Shown here piece by piece: positions 11,950 to 21,508 of a DNA stretch of 64,000 bases (the stretch's first letter is position 1; each line of letters begins with the position of its first letter). The stretch is from positions 62,001-126,000 of the forward strand of contig JALAGF010005488.1 in the NCBI GenBank assembly GCA_030167865.1, read 5' to 3'. A program made the position numbers and the translations under genes. The notes beneath the pieces are model-generated. The model saw only the letters and a program-made list of their open reading frames with translations, was not told the DNA's origin and searched no databases. This DNA comes from Craspedostauros australis (taxonomy: Eukaryota).

Positions 11950-12990
11950 ATGAAGCAGAACGTCATCCTCCCTCAGCTTGTTTGCGCCTTGCTGTTGCAA
12001 TCGCTGGCTGCGGCATTTACAACACCCGCGCATTTCACTTGCGCATCGAACAACCTGCAGCAGAACGGCGGTAGCACTGGTGCTCCATCTGCTGTCAGAC
12101 TTTATGAGAATCCATTGGCAGGTGACAATGGCACAAAAGAAGATGACGACGACGAAGGCAAGAACCTCGATGCCATCTGGATGACGGCAAGACTGCCAAC
12201 CAGCGTCGACGACCAGGTGCGTCAGGCGACGGAAGCGCTGAAGCGCGCCTCGCAAGATGGACAGCACCGTCATTCCCTGCGCCTGCTGCTGCCCGTCATC
12301 GGCGCGACGGAGCTCGACGACTGGCCTGGCGGCGCGCGGCAGATGATGGAGGCCGCTGATCCCCTGATGCAACAGGTGCTGTCGGGACTGGGCGCTCAGC
12401 AATTCCAAAAGACCATGCTGGATGCCAGCGACGGGCTGTACGCCATCATGGCGCAGGCCGATCAGGCCAAGGATGACACCTGCACCGTGCTTCTGCCGTC
12501 GGCCGACAACGTCGACGTGCTCAAGAACATGGAGGCGCAGGTTGGCGGCGATCGCGATTTGCTGGTCGTCAACGCGCAGTGGAAGCGCAAGAGCGATTTC
12601 GGCTTCTTCGGTCGTGGTCAGCAATCCAGCTTCGTGGAGGCCTTCGCGCCGACCTTCTTCTGCTCCAACCTCATGGTGGAAGGCGATCAGGTGCGCATCC
12701 TTCGCTCTTATCCCGGTCCGTGGCGAGTGTTCATGCTGCAGAACGAGATCCAGGCGGGCGAGGATAACTTGGATTGGGGTGAGATCGGTTCCAAGAATTA
12801 CATCGAGGCCAAGCCAGATGGTTGGGAGGAGGATCCCGCCAACAAGCGCGACGGTGGAAGGCTCTTCGATCATGGCCAGCCAACGTACCAGGATATTGCG
12901 GAGATGATCAAGTCCGCGCCAGGTTACAGGCCCAAGTCGTACGCAGAACGTGCGGCAGCCGCATTCACCTTCATCAAGGATACGCTATAG
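11950..12990 (+). CDS. Plastid-targeted DUF1995-family (LPA3-like) protein, 346 aa
   Basis: Signal peptide ending AAA-FT (ASAFAP-like); LPTSVDDQVRQATEALKRASQDG, ELDDWPGG, LVVNAQW and ILRSYPGPWRVF are typical of DUF1995. Confidence 0.8.
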   Translation: MKQNVILPQLVCALLLQSLAAAFTTPAHFTCASNNLQQNGGSTGAPSAVRLYENPLAGDNGTKEDDDDEGKNLDAIWMTARLPTSVDDQVRQATEALKRASQDGQHRHSLRLLLPVIGATELDDWPGGARQMMEAADPLMQQVLSGLGAQQFQKTMLDASDGLYAIMAQADQAKDDTCTVLLPSADNVDVLKNMEAQVGGDRDLLVVNAQWKRKSDFGFFGRGQQSSFVEAFAPTFFCSNLMVEGDQVRILRSYPGPWRVFMLQNEIQAGEDNLDWGEIGSKNYIEAKPDGWEEDPANKRDGGRLFDHGQPTYQDIAEMIKSAPGYRPKSYAERAAAAFTFIKDTL

Positions 12991-13110
12991 ATTGGTCGAA
13001 GACTGCAAACAAAGCACACAATTCAACAATGCATGGTACTGGTATTACTCGCACTGCATACGAGCAAGGGTGGCCTGTTAGCTATCCAGATTACTCGCAC
13101 TACTACAATA

Positions 13111-14493
13111 CTAAGGCCCCCCAACAACCGACTCGGTGATGCCTCGCCAAACGCTTCCACCCACAGCGTCCGCCAGCTCCATCACAGATTGCATGGACAC
13201 TTTTAGAGTGCTTTCACTCATCGCCTGGTCCCAATCGATGGCGTCCTCCGCATCGTTGTTGTGGATCTCCCCTTGCGCGAGGATCTTCATCATGCGCTCC
13301 AAACACGGCTTGCCTTTCGAATCCACATCGACACGATTTGTTCTCCATTTCTTCAAGAAGCCGGATATGCTGCTGGGTGCGCCCACGATGCCCACGAGAA
13401 TGGTGGGTCGTTTCGAGTAATCGTCGTTGGGGTAGCATTCCTTGATGAACAGAAGCGCATCCATCTCCTGCCCTGTCTTGCGCAACCACTTCCTGTAGGC
13501 CTTGGCGCTGTTCATATGATCCACACGCACCAAGGCACCGTGCCAGGACACATCGGTCGTGTCGCGACCACCCATGCTCTCATCCGACTCCCCAGCATCG
13601 CCGTACACCTTCATGCTGGTTTTGAACAACGCCTCCAATCCTTTGTTGCGACAATCCTCGGCGACGATCTTCATGGAGTCCAACTCCAGGAAGGAATCGA
13701 ATCGTCGCAACGAGTCCACGGTCTGTCCTTTCAGGACCTTCTCCTGCTGCTCGCCTCGCACTACCAGATACTTCCACGACCAAGGTCGAATGTCGTCGTA
13801 GAACGAATTGCAATCCTCCTCGCTGCCCTCTATGATGAGGATACCCGGCCAACCGATCTTCATATACCCCGTGAGGTTGTATTGGTTGGCGAGCTTCTTG
13901 ATGTCGCCGCGCTTGATCTTCGATATGATGTGATGGGAGTAGATGAGCCGCCGTCCGAGCAGGTTGGATCGGGTGGCGTCGCCATTCTTTGTGGCATCTG
14001 CACGTGCACGGCTGTCGCTCCCTTGCTGCGTCGTTGCCCGAAGCTTCGGCCAGTCATCCTGAAGCCATTCGTCGGCTCTCGTGAGAATCTGCAGCACGGC
14101 TTCCTCGCCCACACATTCTGTCGCAAGTTCGCGACACGTGCGCACGAGATCCGGCAGTGCATTCTGCGCGCTCTTCAGCAGATCTTTTGAATTCGTCGAT
14201 GCCATCGTGGTGGCTTGATTATCCACGACAGCACTGACTTGCAACGATGCGTCCACGGGGTAGCCCCTCGCCATGGCCATCTGAAGACGCACGCGGACGC
14301 CTTTGCCATCATCCATGCCATTGTCATCGCTATCCGAAAGCAGCAATCGCCTGCAAATACGCTCTTCGGCCGTGCGAGATCGTTCAAACCATGCTTCCTG
14401 GGGATCGTAGGCAGCTTCCACGAAATCGATCTCGGCCTGACGACGTTCCCGGGCCTCGTCGTTGTCCTCCTCCGCCTCTTGATCTACAGACAT
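13111..14493 (-). CDS. RWD-domain protein: RWD + DUF1115 (RWDD2-like) + RWDD3-like C-terminal domain, 460 aa
   Basis: RQAEIDFVEAAY and RGYP (RWD); RRLIYSHHI and LTGYMKIGWPGILIIEG (DUF1115); VRVDHMNS..Y and RVDVDSKGKPCLERMM (RWDD3-like). Confidence 0.8.
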   Translation of the reverse strand: MSVDQEAEEDNDEARERRQAEIDFVEAAYDPQEAWFERSRTAEERICRRLLLSDSDDNGMDDGKGVRVRLQMAMARGYPVDASLQVSAVVDNQATTMASTNSKDLLKSAQNALPDLVRTCRELATECVGEEAVLQILTRADEWLQDDWPKLRATTQQGSDSRARADATKNGDATRSNLLGRRLIYSHHIISKIKRGDIKKLANQYNLTGYMKIGWPGILIIEGSEEDCNSFYDDIRPWSWKYLVVRGEQQEKVLKGQTVDSLRRFDSFLELDSMKIVAEDCRNKGLEALFKTSMKVYGDAGESDESMGGRDTTDVSWHGALVRVDHMNSAKAYRKWLRKTGQEMDALLFIKECYPNDDYSKRPTILVGIVGAPSSISGFLKKWRTNRVDVDSKGKPCLERMMKILAQGEIHNNDAEDAIDWDQAMSESTLKVSMQSVMELADAVGGSVWRGITESVVGGP

Positions 14494-16379
14494 CTTGTGA
14501 TCTGTGTCATGTGATCATCCCTCTGTTCCGAGTTGGAAGTTCAAATGAATTCATTTCTTTTGCGTCAGTTTTTCATTGGGGGATGCGGTAGTATGCATAT
14601 ATTTTCTGTTGTTTGGTTGACTGGTTCGACCAATCCTCAAGCGTCTGGCATGTACCAGTGTGTTCCAACAACCACGAAACCAAACTTGCGCCAACCAACC
14701 ATCGCAGATCTGCGCAGATCGTTGTTGGCTCTGTGCTGCGGACAACCATCATCGCGGACATGATCCACCCATCAACACAACAGAGAGAGAGCCACCAAGC
14801 ACACATCGTCACATCATCGTACCAAGACATCACACAGTCGACACAAAAATGCATCATCGATGATGTTTGGACAAAAGCTGCAACCACGATGACGAATGAT
14901 TGAAAGGGAAGTCTGCATGTGCCAATATTCAATGGTGTAGGCATTGAACATGCCGAATTGCGGGTACGTTTCATGCGCGTGCACTCACGCATGCTTGGCA
15001 TGAGATCGAGAAAGGATTGAGGACCGCTCTCCAGCGGCTCTCCGCAACCAACCTCCCGCGAGGCCATGGACATCTTTTCCATGCGATCACAGGTCTGTGG
15101 CAGTTGACACTTCTGCTCATGCGCTGGAGAGACTGCCATCAAATGGCCCATGCCAAACCAAACAAGGTGAGATCGATTCAATACTCCACTTTATGTGCCC
15201 ACGTTCACACACAACCAGAGCCATCTAGGGATGATTATGCTTTTCAATACAATCATTCATGCGTGTCAGCTGACTGTCCAGTGATAACAATAAAAGCTTG
15301 CTGAAGATGTGCCCGACTGTTGTGTTGTGTGGATACCTTTGATTGCGTATGTGACATGTATAATATCATGGATCGACTCGCTGACGTATTGCTTCCTCCC
15401 CTTCCACTTCCACTTCCTTGATGTACCATGCATACCATACGAGTAGCTCTTCCGTTGGTTGCCCACGAAGCCTGCGACAGCATGTGTGATCAAGTTCATG
15501 TCTTCGGAACGGCCGTGATGCACAGATAGATGGTCGTTGAGCCGCGCACGTTCATGCATCTCACAATCAGATCTGTCTGCAGCACAGCACTGCCAAAAGT
15601 CACGGCGATGAATACAATGGTATGGAGTACCATAGCTGAGAATGTGACACCGCACGCGCCAGTGGTCAAAGGTAAGCAATGCGTAGATGCCGTTTCTTTG
15701 TCTCTTCAAGAATGAGAGATGCAACACCAGAATGACCGTCTTGCGACGCCGCACTGCCATACGACCGATGACGAGGAAACATCTATCATAGACCTGTACT
15801 GAAATTAACAAAAATACCGTCGTGATCATTCCGAAAGGAATGAGCATGACACCTTCCATGTCGAGCAAAGATGCACCACCAACTAAGGTCAAACATATGG
15901 CAGGCGCGTCGATATCAAGACGAGATCACAGAGCTGCTGCTTCATTTCAATGGATTCCACCGGGTTACTTCCTGTCTCACGTATCCAACTTCCATCCACC
16001 ATTTCTTTTCCATTACACGCTGCCTTCGGCCAATACAGAATGACAGGAACACTGCGATACTCGTAGGCCGGGAGATCCTCCGGAGCAAGACCCCCCAGCC
16101 TTGCAACGAATGAAGCCATCTTCCATTCCGGAAGACTCACAGGCAGAAACTTATACCTTGTCACTACGAGAACAGTTGCAGAACATCGACGCCATTCACT
16201 CAGCGCAACAGCCCAGAGCTGCGTAGCAGACGCTGTCGCAAACATCAGCACGATAAGATGGCCACAAGCGCACTAGAGCCAAAATCTTCCAAAACCCTGT
16301 CTCTTGCGTGAATGTATTGGCAATGAAATGTATTTGATGCTCTGAATGTGACAAAATTGTTGGGTCCGAGATGGATCGT

Positions 16380-17580
16380 CGGTGATTAACCAAACTCCAT
16401 GTAGAGCATGCGATGATGGGCATCCAGAGCAAAACCATTGACGTGAGACTGTCAACGGATACCAAACTGGCAGAGCCATCGTCTGATGCGACAGGTGCTC
16501 GATTATCGCCCGCGCTCCCTTTCTGGCCAAGATCGGGCGACGTGGTGCCAGCATCCTAACTACCACCGCCGTTGTTGCCATCGTCACTTTCGCTGGGAGT
16601 CTTGCCCTGCGAATCACCCGTGATAACGTTGGGCTCTGATACCTTGATGCCACGGATACAAACTTTCTCCGTGCTTTCGATGGATTCATCGATGGATGTT
16701 TGTAATTTCGCAACGCATCCATCCCTGCCGTGATGGCTTGGTTGGAGGTGAATTGCTGTCCGTTGAATTGGATTGTGATGTTGATGTTGATGACCGCGAT
16801 CCCGGTCTGTCACGCCAGTTGGTGCAGGAGGTTCGGCTGGCGCCAAGCTGGGTGGGAAGACTTCGTTATCTCCCACGATGCCGCCGGCCGTGATTTCACC
16901 ACTTGCGGTGCAGTCGACCGAACACGCATCGCCCTTCTTGCAGCACCCCGCGAACGTGGAGCCCCAGTAGTTGAAGCAATCGCAGTTGTCCCGATTGGAA
17001 ACATCCCCGCCAATGTCGCGCAGCAGATCGGGGCACCGCGCCAAATCACCTTCTTGCAGCACGCACTCGTCGGGAGAGAAATTGACGCTGTGGCAGACCG
17101 TCAATGCCGTGTTCTGCGTCACGTAGTAGCAATCGTAGATCTTCCGGCGTTGTCCTCGTTGAAGAACATGATGGATTCACCGTCTCATGCGCAGATGATG
17201 CCATTGGTGATGGTTGTGGCTTCGTAGTACGCACAGCGGGCGCCGTCTGCCTCAGTGAGGTTGTTGCAGAAGCATGGGAAGTCATCGGTGGAACCGCACT
17301 ACGTCGTGACGAGGTCGCCGAATGGTTCGTTCTCGAGGAATTGGAACACAGCGCCGTTGGCCACAGTCACATTGCAGCTCGGTTGCTCGAGAACTTGGAC
17401 CAAGTTGTCCAACCGACAGCCTGCGGTGAAGTCATCACCGTCCGAGCATTCCAAGCTACTGTTCCATCAGAAGCGGGAGCGAACGGAGCGATCACAGTTT
17501 GGCGCAGCGTGGAAGGACATGGCGAAGAACGTCAGAGAATGTGGTATCGTGTCCAGGGGTCATGTTTTAGTCGACTGTGA
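16380..17580 (-). pseudogene. Disrupted Cys-rich cell-surface protein remnant with a possible GPI-signal tail
   Basis: Coding-like Cys-rich frame interrupted by TGA 17467-69, TAG 17299-301 and TGA 17185-87, a frameshift near 17140, and TAG 16556-58; ends in a hydrophobic tail SMVLLWMPIIACSTWSLV. Confidence 0.65.
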
Positions 17581-17818
17581 GAAATTGAATTGGATTGTGA
17601 AAGGTGCGGCAAAAGGCCCGCGACAAACGCATTAGTTGTGACCATTGAGGCGAAGGCATTGTTGTGCTGGTGTCGAGCATGGTGATGATGATGTTGTTGT
17701 TTGATTATTTACAGTTTGTATCTGTATGTATGGTGGAAATGCAATATCATGGAGTAGCATCGACCGGATGCGATTGGAGAGATACCAAACGAGTATCGTG
17801 TAATACTTTCTAGTAGTC

Positions 17819-18691
17819 TCAACCTTCGACGGCGGTATTGTTGAGGGCCTTTTGCAGCAGCGTGCCACAGTTTTGAGTGCCAATCTGCAGGGCACATCCA
17901 ACCCGATTGATGGAGGTGGGGGGAGATGTTTCGACGGGAGCAACAGTCGGTGCTTGGGGGCGACCGCCCAAAAAGCACACGTCGAAATTACCGGACTCTC
18001 GTTTCCAGTATTCGAAGACACTGTCCATGGCGATGTCCGACCTGGATTCGGGACAGGTGTGGTAGACGGCCGAAGGTTCGATGTTGGAACAATCGAACGA
18101 TGGTGCCTTGGGCCCGTCGGAGGCGTCTTGGCAATCCTCCATGGAGCAGCTGAGACAAGCCTCTCCATCCACGGAGATGCTGCATGTGGAGCAAACCACC
18201 TGATCGAACTTGTCGCCGTCCATGCCCGGCAGCGGGACGCAGTTGTCTTGCTGAAGGAAGATGGTCTCGCTGCGGTCACCCGTGTTGAATCGGAACACGT
18301 TGTTGAGCTGCACGACGGTGACGCCGTCGCCTTGCGCGTTGTCCTGGAAGACGCCACCGTAACTGGTGCGACCGCAGAGCCCATCTGACAGATCATCCTG
18401 ACAGAATTCGCACGCGTCCGTGCACAGCAGATTGTTGCCTGGCGGGCTGTTGTTGCTGAAGCAGGACGTGCAGAACATACGCTGCTGGTCGTTCGAGGCG
18501 ATCTCTGTGTCTTCGATTTCGATCTTTGTTTCCAAACAGCTGTCAAATGCGGTCTGCGCGTTTGCATTGATAGTGGACGCGGGAGTGATGATAGCAAGGA
18601 TGGAGCACTGCAGGAGCATCGTCGTCATGACAGTCTTCGGCAATGGCATCCATGGCGAGCTTGGTCTCGCTGATGCGTGATGTCTGGCCAT
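17819..18691 (-). CDS. Secreted Cys-rich protein; possibly the truncated 5' part of the decayed locus
   Basis: Hydrophobic leader MLLQCSILAIITPASTINANA; Cys-rich module CSISVDGEACLSC..C..FDCSNIE; Pro/Thr linker. The frame stops mid-module (VEG*DY*). Confidence 0.6.
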   Translation of the reverse strand: MARHHASARPSSPWMPLPKTVMTTMLLQCSILAIITPASTINANAQTAFDSCLETKIEIEDTEIASNDQQRMFCTSCFSNNSPPGNNLLCTDACEFCQDDLSDGLCGRTSYGGVFQDNAQGDGVTVVQLNNVFRFNTGDRSETIFLQQDNCVPLPGMDGDKFDQVVCSTCSISVDGEACLSCSMEDCQDASDGPKAPSFDCSNIEPSAVYHTCPESRSDIAMDSVFEYWKRESGNFDVCFLGGRPQAPTVAPVETSPPTSINRVGCALQIGTQNCGTLLQKALNNTAVEG

Positions 18692-20135
18692 GATGGAAGG
18701 CACTAGGGCTTTCGAATGCGACTAATTGTGAGCTTCTCTGATGGCGAGACAAGTCAGGGATTTGCAGTGTCTGCAGGCGTTATCAGTCGCTCGCTTTGAT
18801 ACGACGGGGTGCAATGTTGCTGGGCTTGTGATCTGTCTTGTTTTCTGTGTGAAAATGATGATGATGATGGCGATGAAGGGGATGCCTGTTTGCTAGAGCA
18901 CGTGAGCACAAGGTTTCAGGAAAGTGTATGGTACGAGGAATAGTGACAACAAGCATCGTCACAACGGACAGAGTTCCAAGAAGGGATGCATGGTGCAGAT
19001 CGCGAGGAACTGGTGTTGATGTGATTGACGTTTGCGAGCGCAGTAGTCGTTGGTCTTGTGCCTTCGGTGAAGGCGCCACGCACATGCGAAGGCAGAGATG
19101 GCCTCGCCGAAGAAGAAGAAAAAGAAAAGCGGGGAAAGCAGAGGATGGACATCGACACGTCACGGCCAAGGGGAGGCGAAGGCCAATCCATCGCAGAGAC
19201 GCCGCAGAGCGCTGACCACAGAACAGTTCCTTCGTTTCAATGGCTCGCTGCTACAATGGAAGCAAAGGGAAGGATAGCGCATCACCAGAATCCAAACAAC
19301 ACAAACAAGTGGCGTCGTTGGGTTGTTGGTTCTTTTTCGAGCGACAACCTCTCCGACTCCAAAGCCTCAGCATCGAAGATACCGACAACCAGTCCCGCCA
19401 CACGGACGCGTTTCCGTCGTCGGAGGCAATTTCGGGAAGACGGGAACGCCCCGACTTGTTCATCATCCGTTGCGACATGCACACACGCGAACCACGAGAG
19501 AACGAACCTTGATCGCGCCAAACGCATGGACCAACAGGAAGCAAAGAGGAACTACAAACAAGTTAGAGAAACATGGATAGGAAACACAATTGGAGTTGCG
19601 CAACGGCCGAACCCTTCGCGCGCTGCCTGGTCTGCAGCAGATCCTTCCCAGAAGGAAATCGAGGTAATTTAAGATACGGCCACAGGAAGTTGCCTGTGGA
19701 TGGAAGCGAGAGGCAAGATCGGATGCGCGAGCGCTATGTTGCACATCTTGTTTCGTTTGCTCCAAACGAGTCTCCAATCACGCCATCGATTCACGAATAA
19801 TACTAAATGACCCAAGTTACGCCTTTTCATCGACAGTCAGCCACGAATAACACACTTGAATCGTGGATCGGTACCCTTCATAAGTTGCAAATATGTATTT
19901 ACCGATGCCCCATTGTTGTTTCCAACGGACTGAAGCCTGTCCATGGACGAAGGGGAAGGAACGCTCAGCGACCACTTCGTCACAGGACGATGCCGCTACT
20001 CTGCATAATACCAAAAGCAAGCATCATCTCGCCCTCTCTCTCTATCTCCATCCGACATAAAATTCACTACGCAGCTTCACAACATACTCCGCGAGATATG
20101 CTCTGGCACTGCTCGTGCGCTGGCACACGTGCACA

Positions 20136-21230
20136 ATGAAGTATCGCAAGTGGACTGTCGATGAAGCAAGGGTACTATGCCAGGTGTTCTTGGAAGTCGT
20201 GAAAGAGCCAGTGCCCGTGACGGACGAAATCTTGTGTCAAATTGCTCGTGAGTGGCGAAGGAACATGCGTGCGCATGGCAAAAGAGAGGCAAGCAGAACA
20301 GCCACATCTAAGAACGTCCGCAACATCTTGGTCAGGGTGCGTCGTTCAATCCTTGAGCTTCGGAAGCGACGGCCATCGACCCCTCATCAATCCGAAGAAC
20401 TTGAGCTGGAATGGATCAAGAACTGGTGCCGATCTGGGGTTAGCACTTGCCACTATCGCGTCAGTTCCGTGCTGCTGGTATTCTGGAAGATGCTCAAGGA
20501 CGCTCCGCAGATAGAAGAAGTGTCGCGAACAAGCAACGCTTCCTCTCTGTCCACCCCACAACATAAACATCATGCGTCAACAGTTGCCTCAAGAGAGTCG
20601 AAGCGGTCGTCTGACCAGACTTGGAGCCGCCAGAATGAGAAAGTATCCAAAAATAATCCAGAGAGAGATGGCAAAAAAGAAGAAAAACTTGTTGGCCAAG
20701 ATCCCCCGGCTGCACATCGCAAAGATGATCGCGTCATGAGCGGGAGCTTTAGCAGCGTCAGCGACGTAGATGGCCACAGCAACCGTGAACGTCAACACGA
20801 CCGCAAATGGGAGCAACCAGCCCAACCCCGCACGAGAATCTGCACCCGGTCGAAGAAACGCAAGCATCGAGAGCAAAGCGCCAGTGATGACAAGCATTCC
20901 GGACACAACCCCAGCGACAGCGGCAGTCCGGGCACACCGTTAAATCATGCCGCTGATGCTCAGACTCGTAGCACCCGATCTCGCACTCGCAGCCGTTCCA
21001 GAAATAGCGACGACAGCAGCTCGCGTTGTGAAAGGAAATCGTCACATACCAGTACGGATACGGATATGAGCGCGAGTCAGAAGAAGGTGAAATTGCTCCG
21101 GTGCAAGCTCAAGCTTGCCAAACTGGAACGGCGATGTCAAGATCTACGCATCCAGGAATTGCATCTCAAGGTTCAGCTTGCCGAGGCAGTGAAAGAATTG
21201 GAAGAGTCACGCCGCCATCGATCAATGTGA
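20136..21230 (+). CDS. Hypothetical nuclear protein: Myb/SANT-like N-terminus, Ser/Arg-rich middle, C-terminal coiled coil (~364 aa)
   Basis: Long ORF; KWTVDEARVL helix-start pattern; basic KKRKH motif; heptad-rich C-terminus. Confidence 0.5.
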   Translation: MKYRKWTVDEARVLCQVFLEVVKEPVPVTDEILCQIAREWRRNMRAHGKREASRTATSKNVRNILVRVRRSILELRKRRPSTPHQSEELELEWIKNWCRSGVSTCHYRVSSVLLVFWKMLKDAPQIEEVSRTSNASSLSTPQHKHHASTVASRESKRSSDQTWSRQNEKVSKNNPERDGKKEEKLVGQDPPAAHRKDDRVMSGSFSSVSDVDGHSNRERQHDRKWEQPAQPRTRICTRSKKRKHREQSASDDKHSGHNPSDSGSPGTPLNHAADAQTRSTRSRTRSRSRNSDDSSSRCERKSSHTSTDTDMSASQKKVKLLRCKLKLAKLERRCQDLRIQELHLKVQLAEAVKELEESRRHRSM

Positions 21231-21508
21231 AGGTTATGTGCTTTCACTCATTCGGCCAAAGGTCAAAGTATGATGCAAAGATGCATACTCTCTGGATGAA
21301 TGGATGGATAGATGGGTCGGGATACATGTATTATCGTAAAAAAGAGGAGATCCCGAGTGTGTGTGCTTGTGTGCATGCGCATCATATTTTCTCCTAGACA
21401 CAAGAGAGCGGCACCAAGGTGTTGCATTCCTCTTTTGTTGATTTCAAGCGAATATGGTTGCAGATACACAGAAAATGAATACGCACAAGGTTGGAAGTAA
21501 CGCTTGAG

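Noticed and set aside
14690..14729. Imperfect ~40-nt hairpin centred on cgcagatctgcg
   Set aside because: Short and bulged; no evidence for an ncRNA or MITE.
15266..15960. Hydrophobic minus-strand ORF fragments
   Set aside because: No recognisable family or clear coding bias; could be a remnant but cannot be supported.
16556..17821. Selenocysteine or stop-codon readthrough as an explanation for the in-frame stops
   Set aside because: Both TAG and TGA occur together with a frameshift, and other genes in the window use these codons as normal stops.
19025..19672. 215-aa plus-strand ORF
   Set aside because: Non-ATG start, no motifs and no splice link to neighbours.
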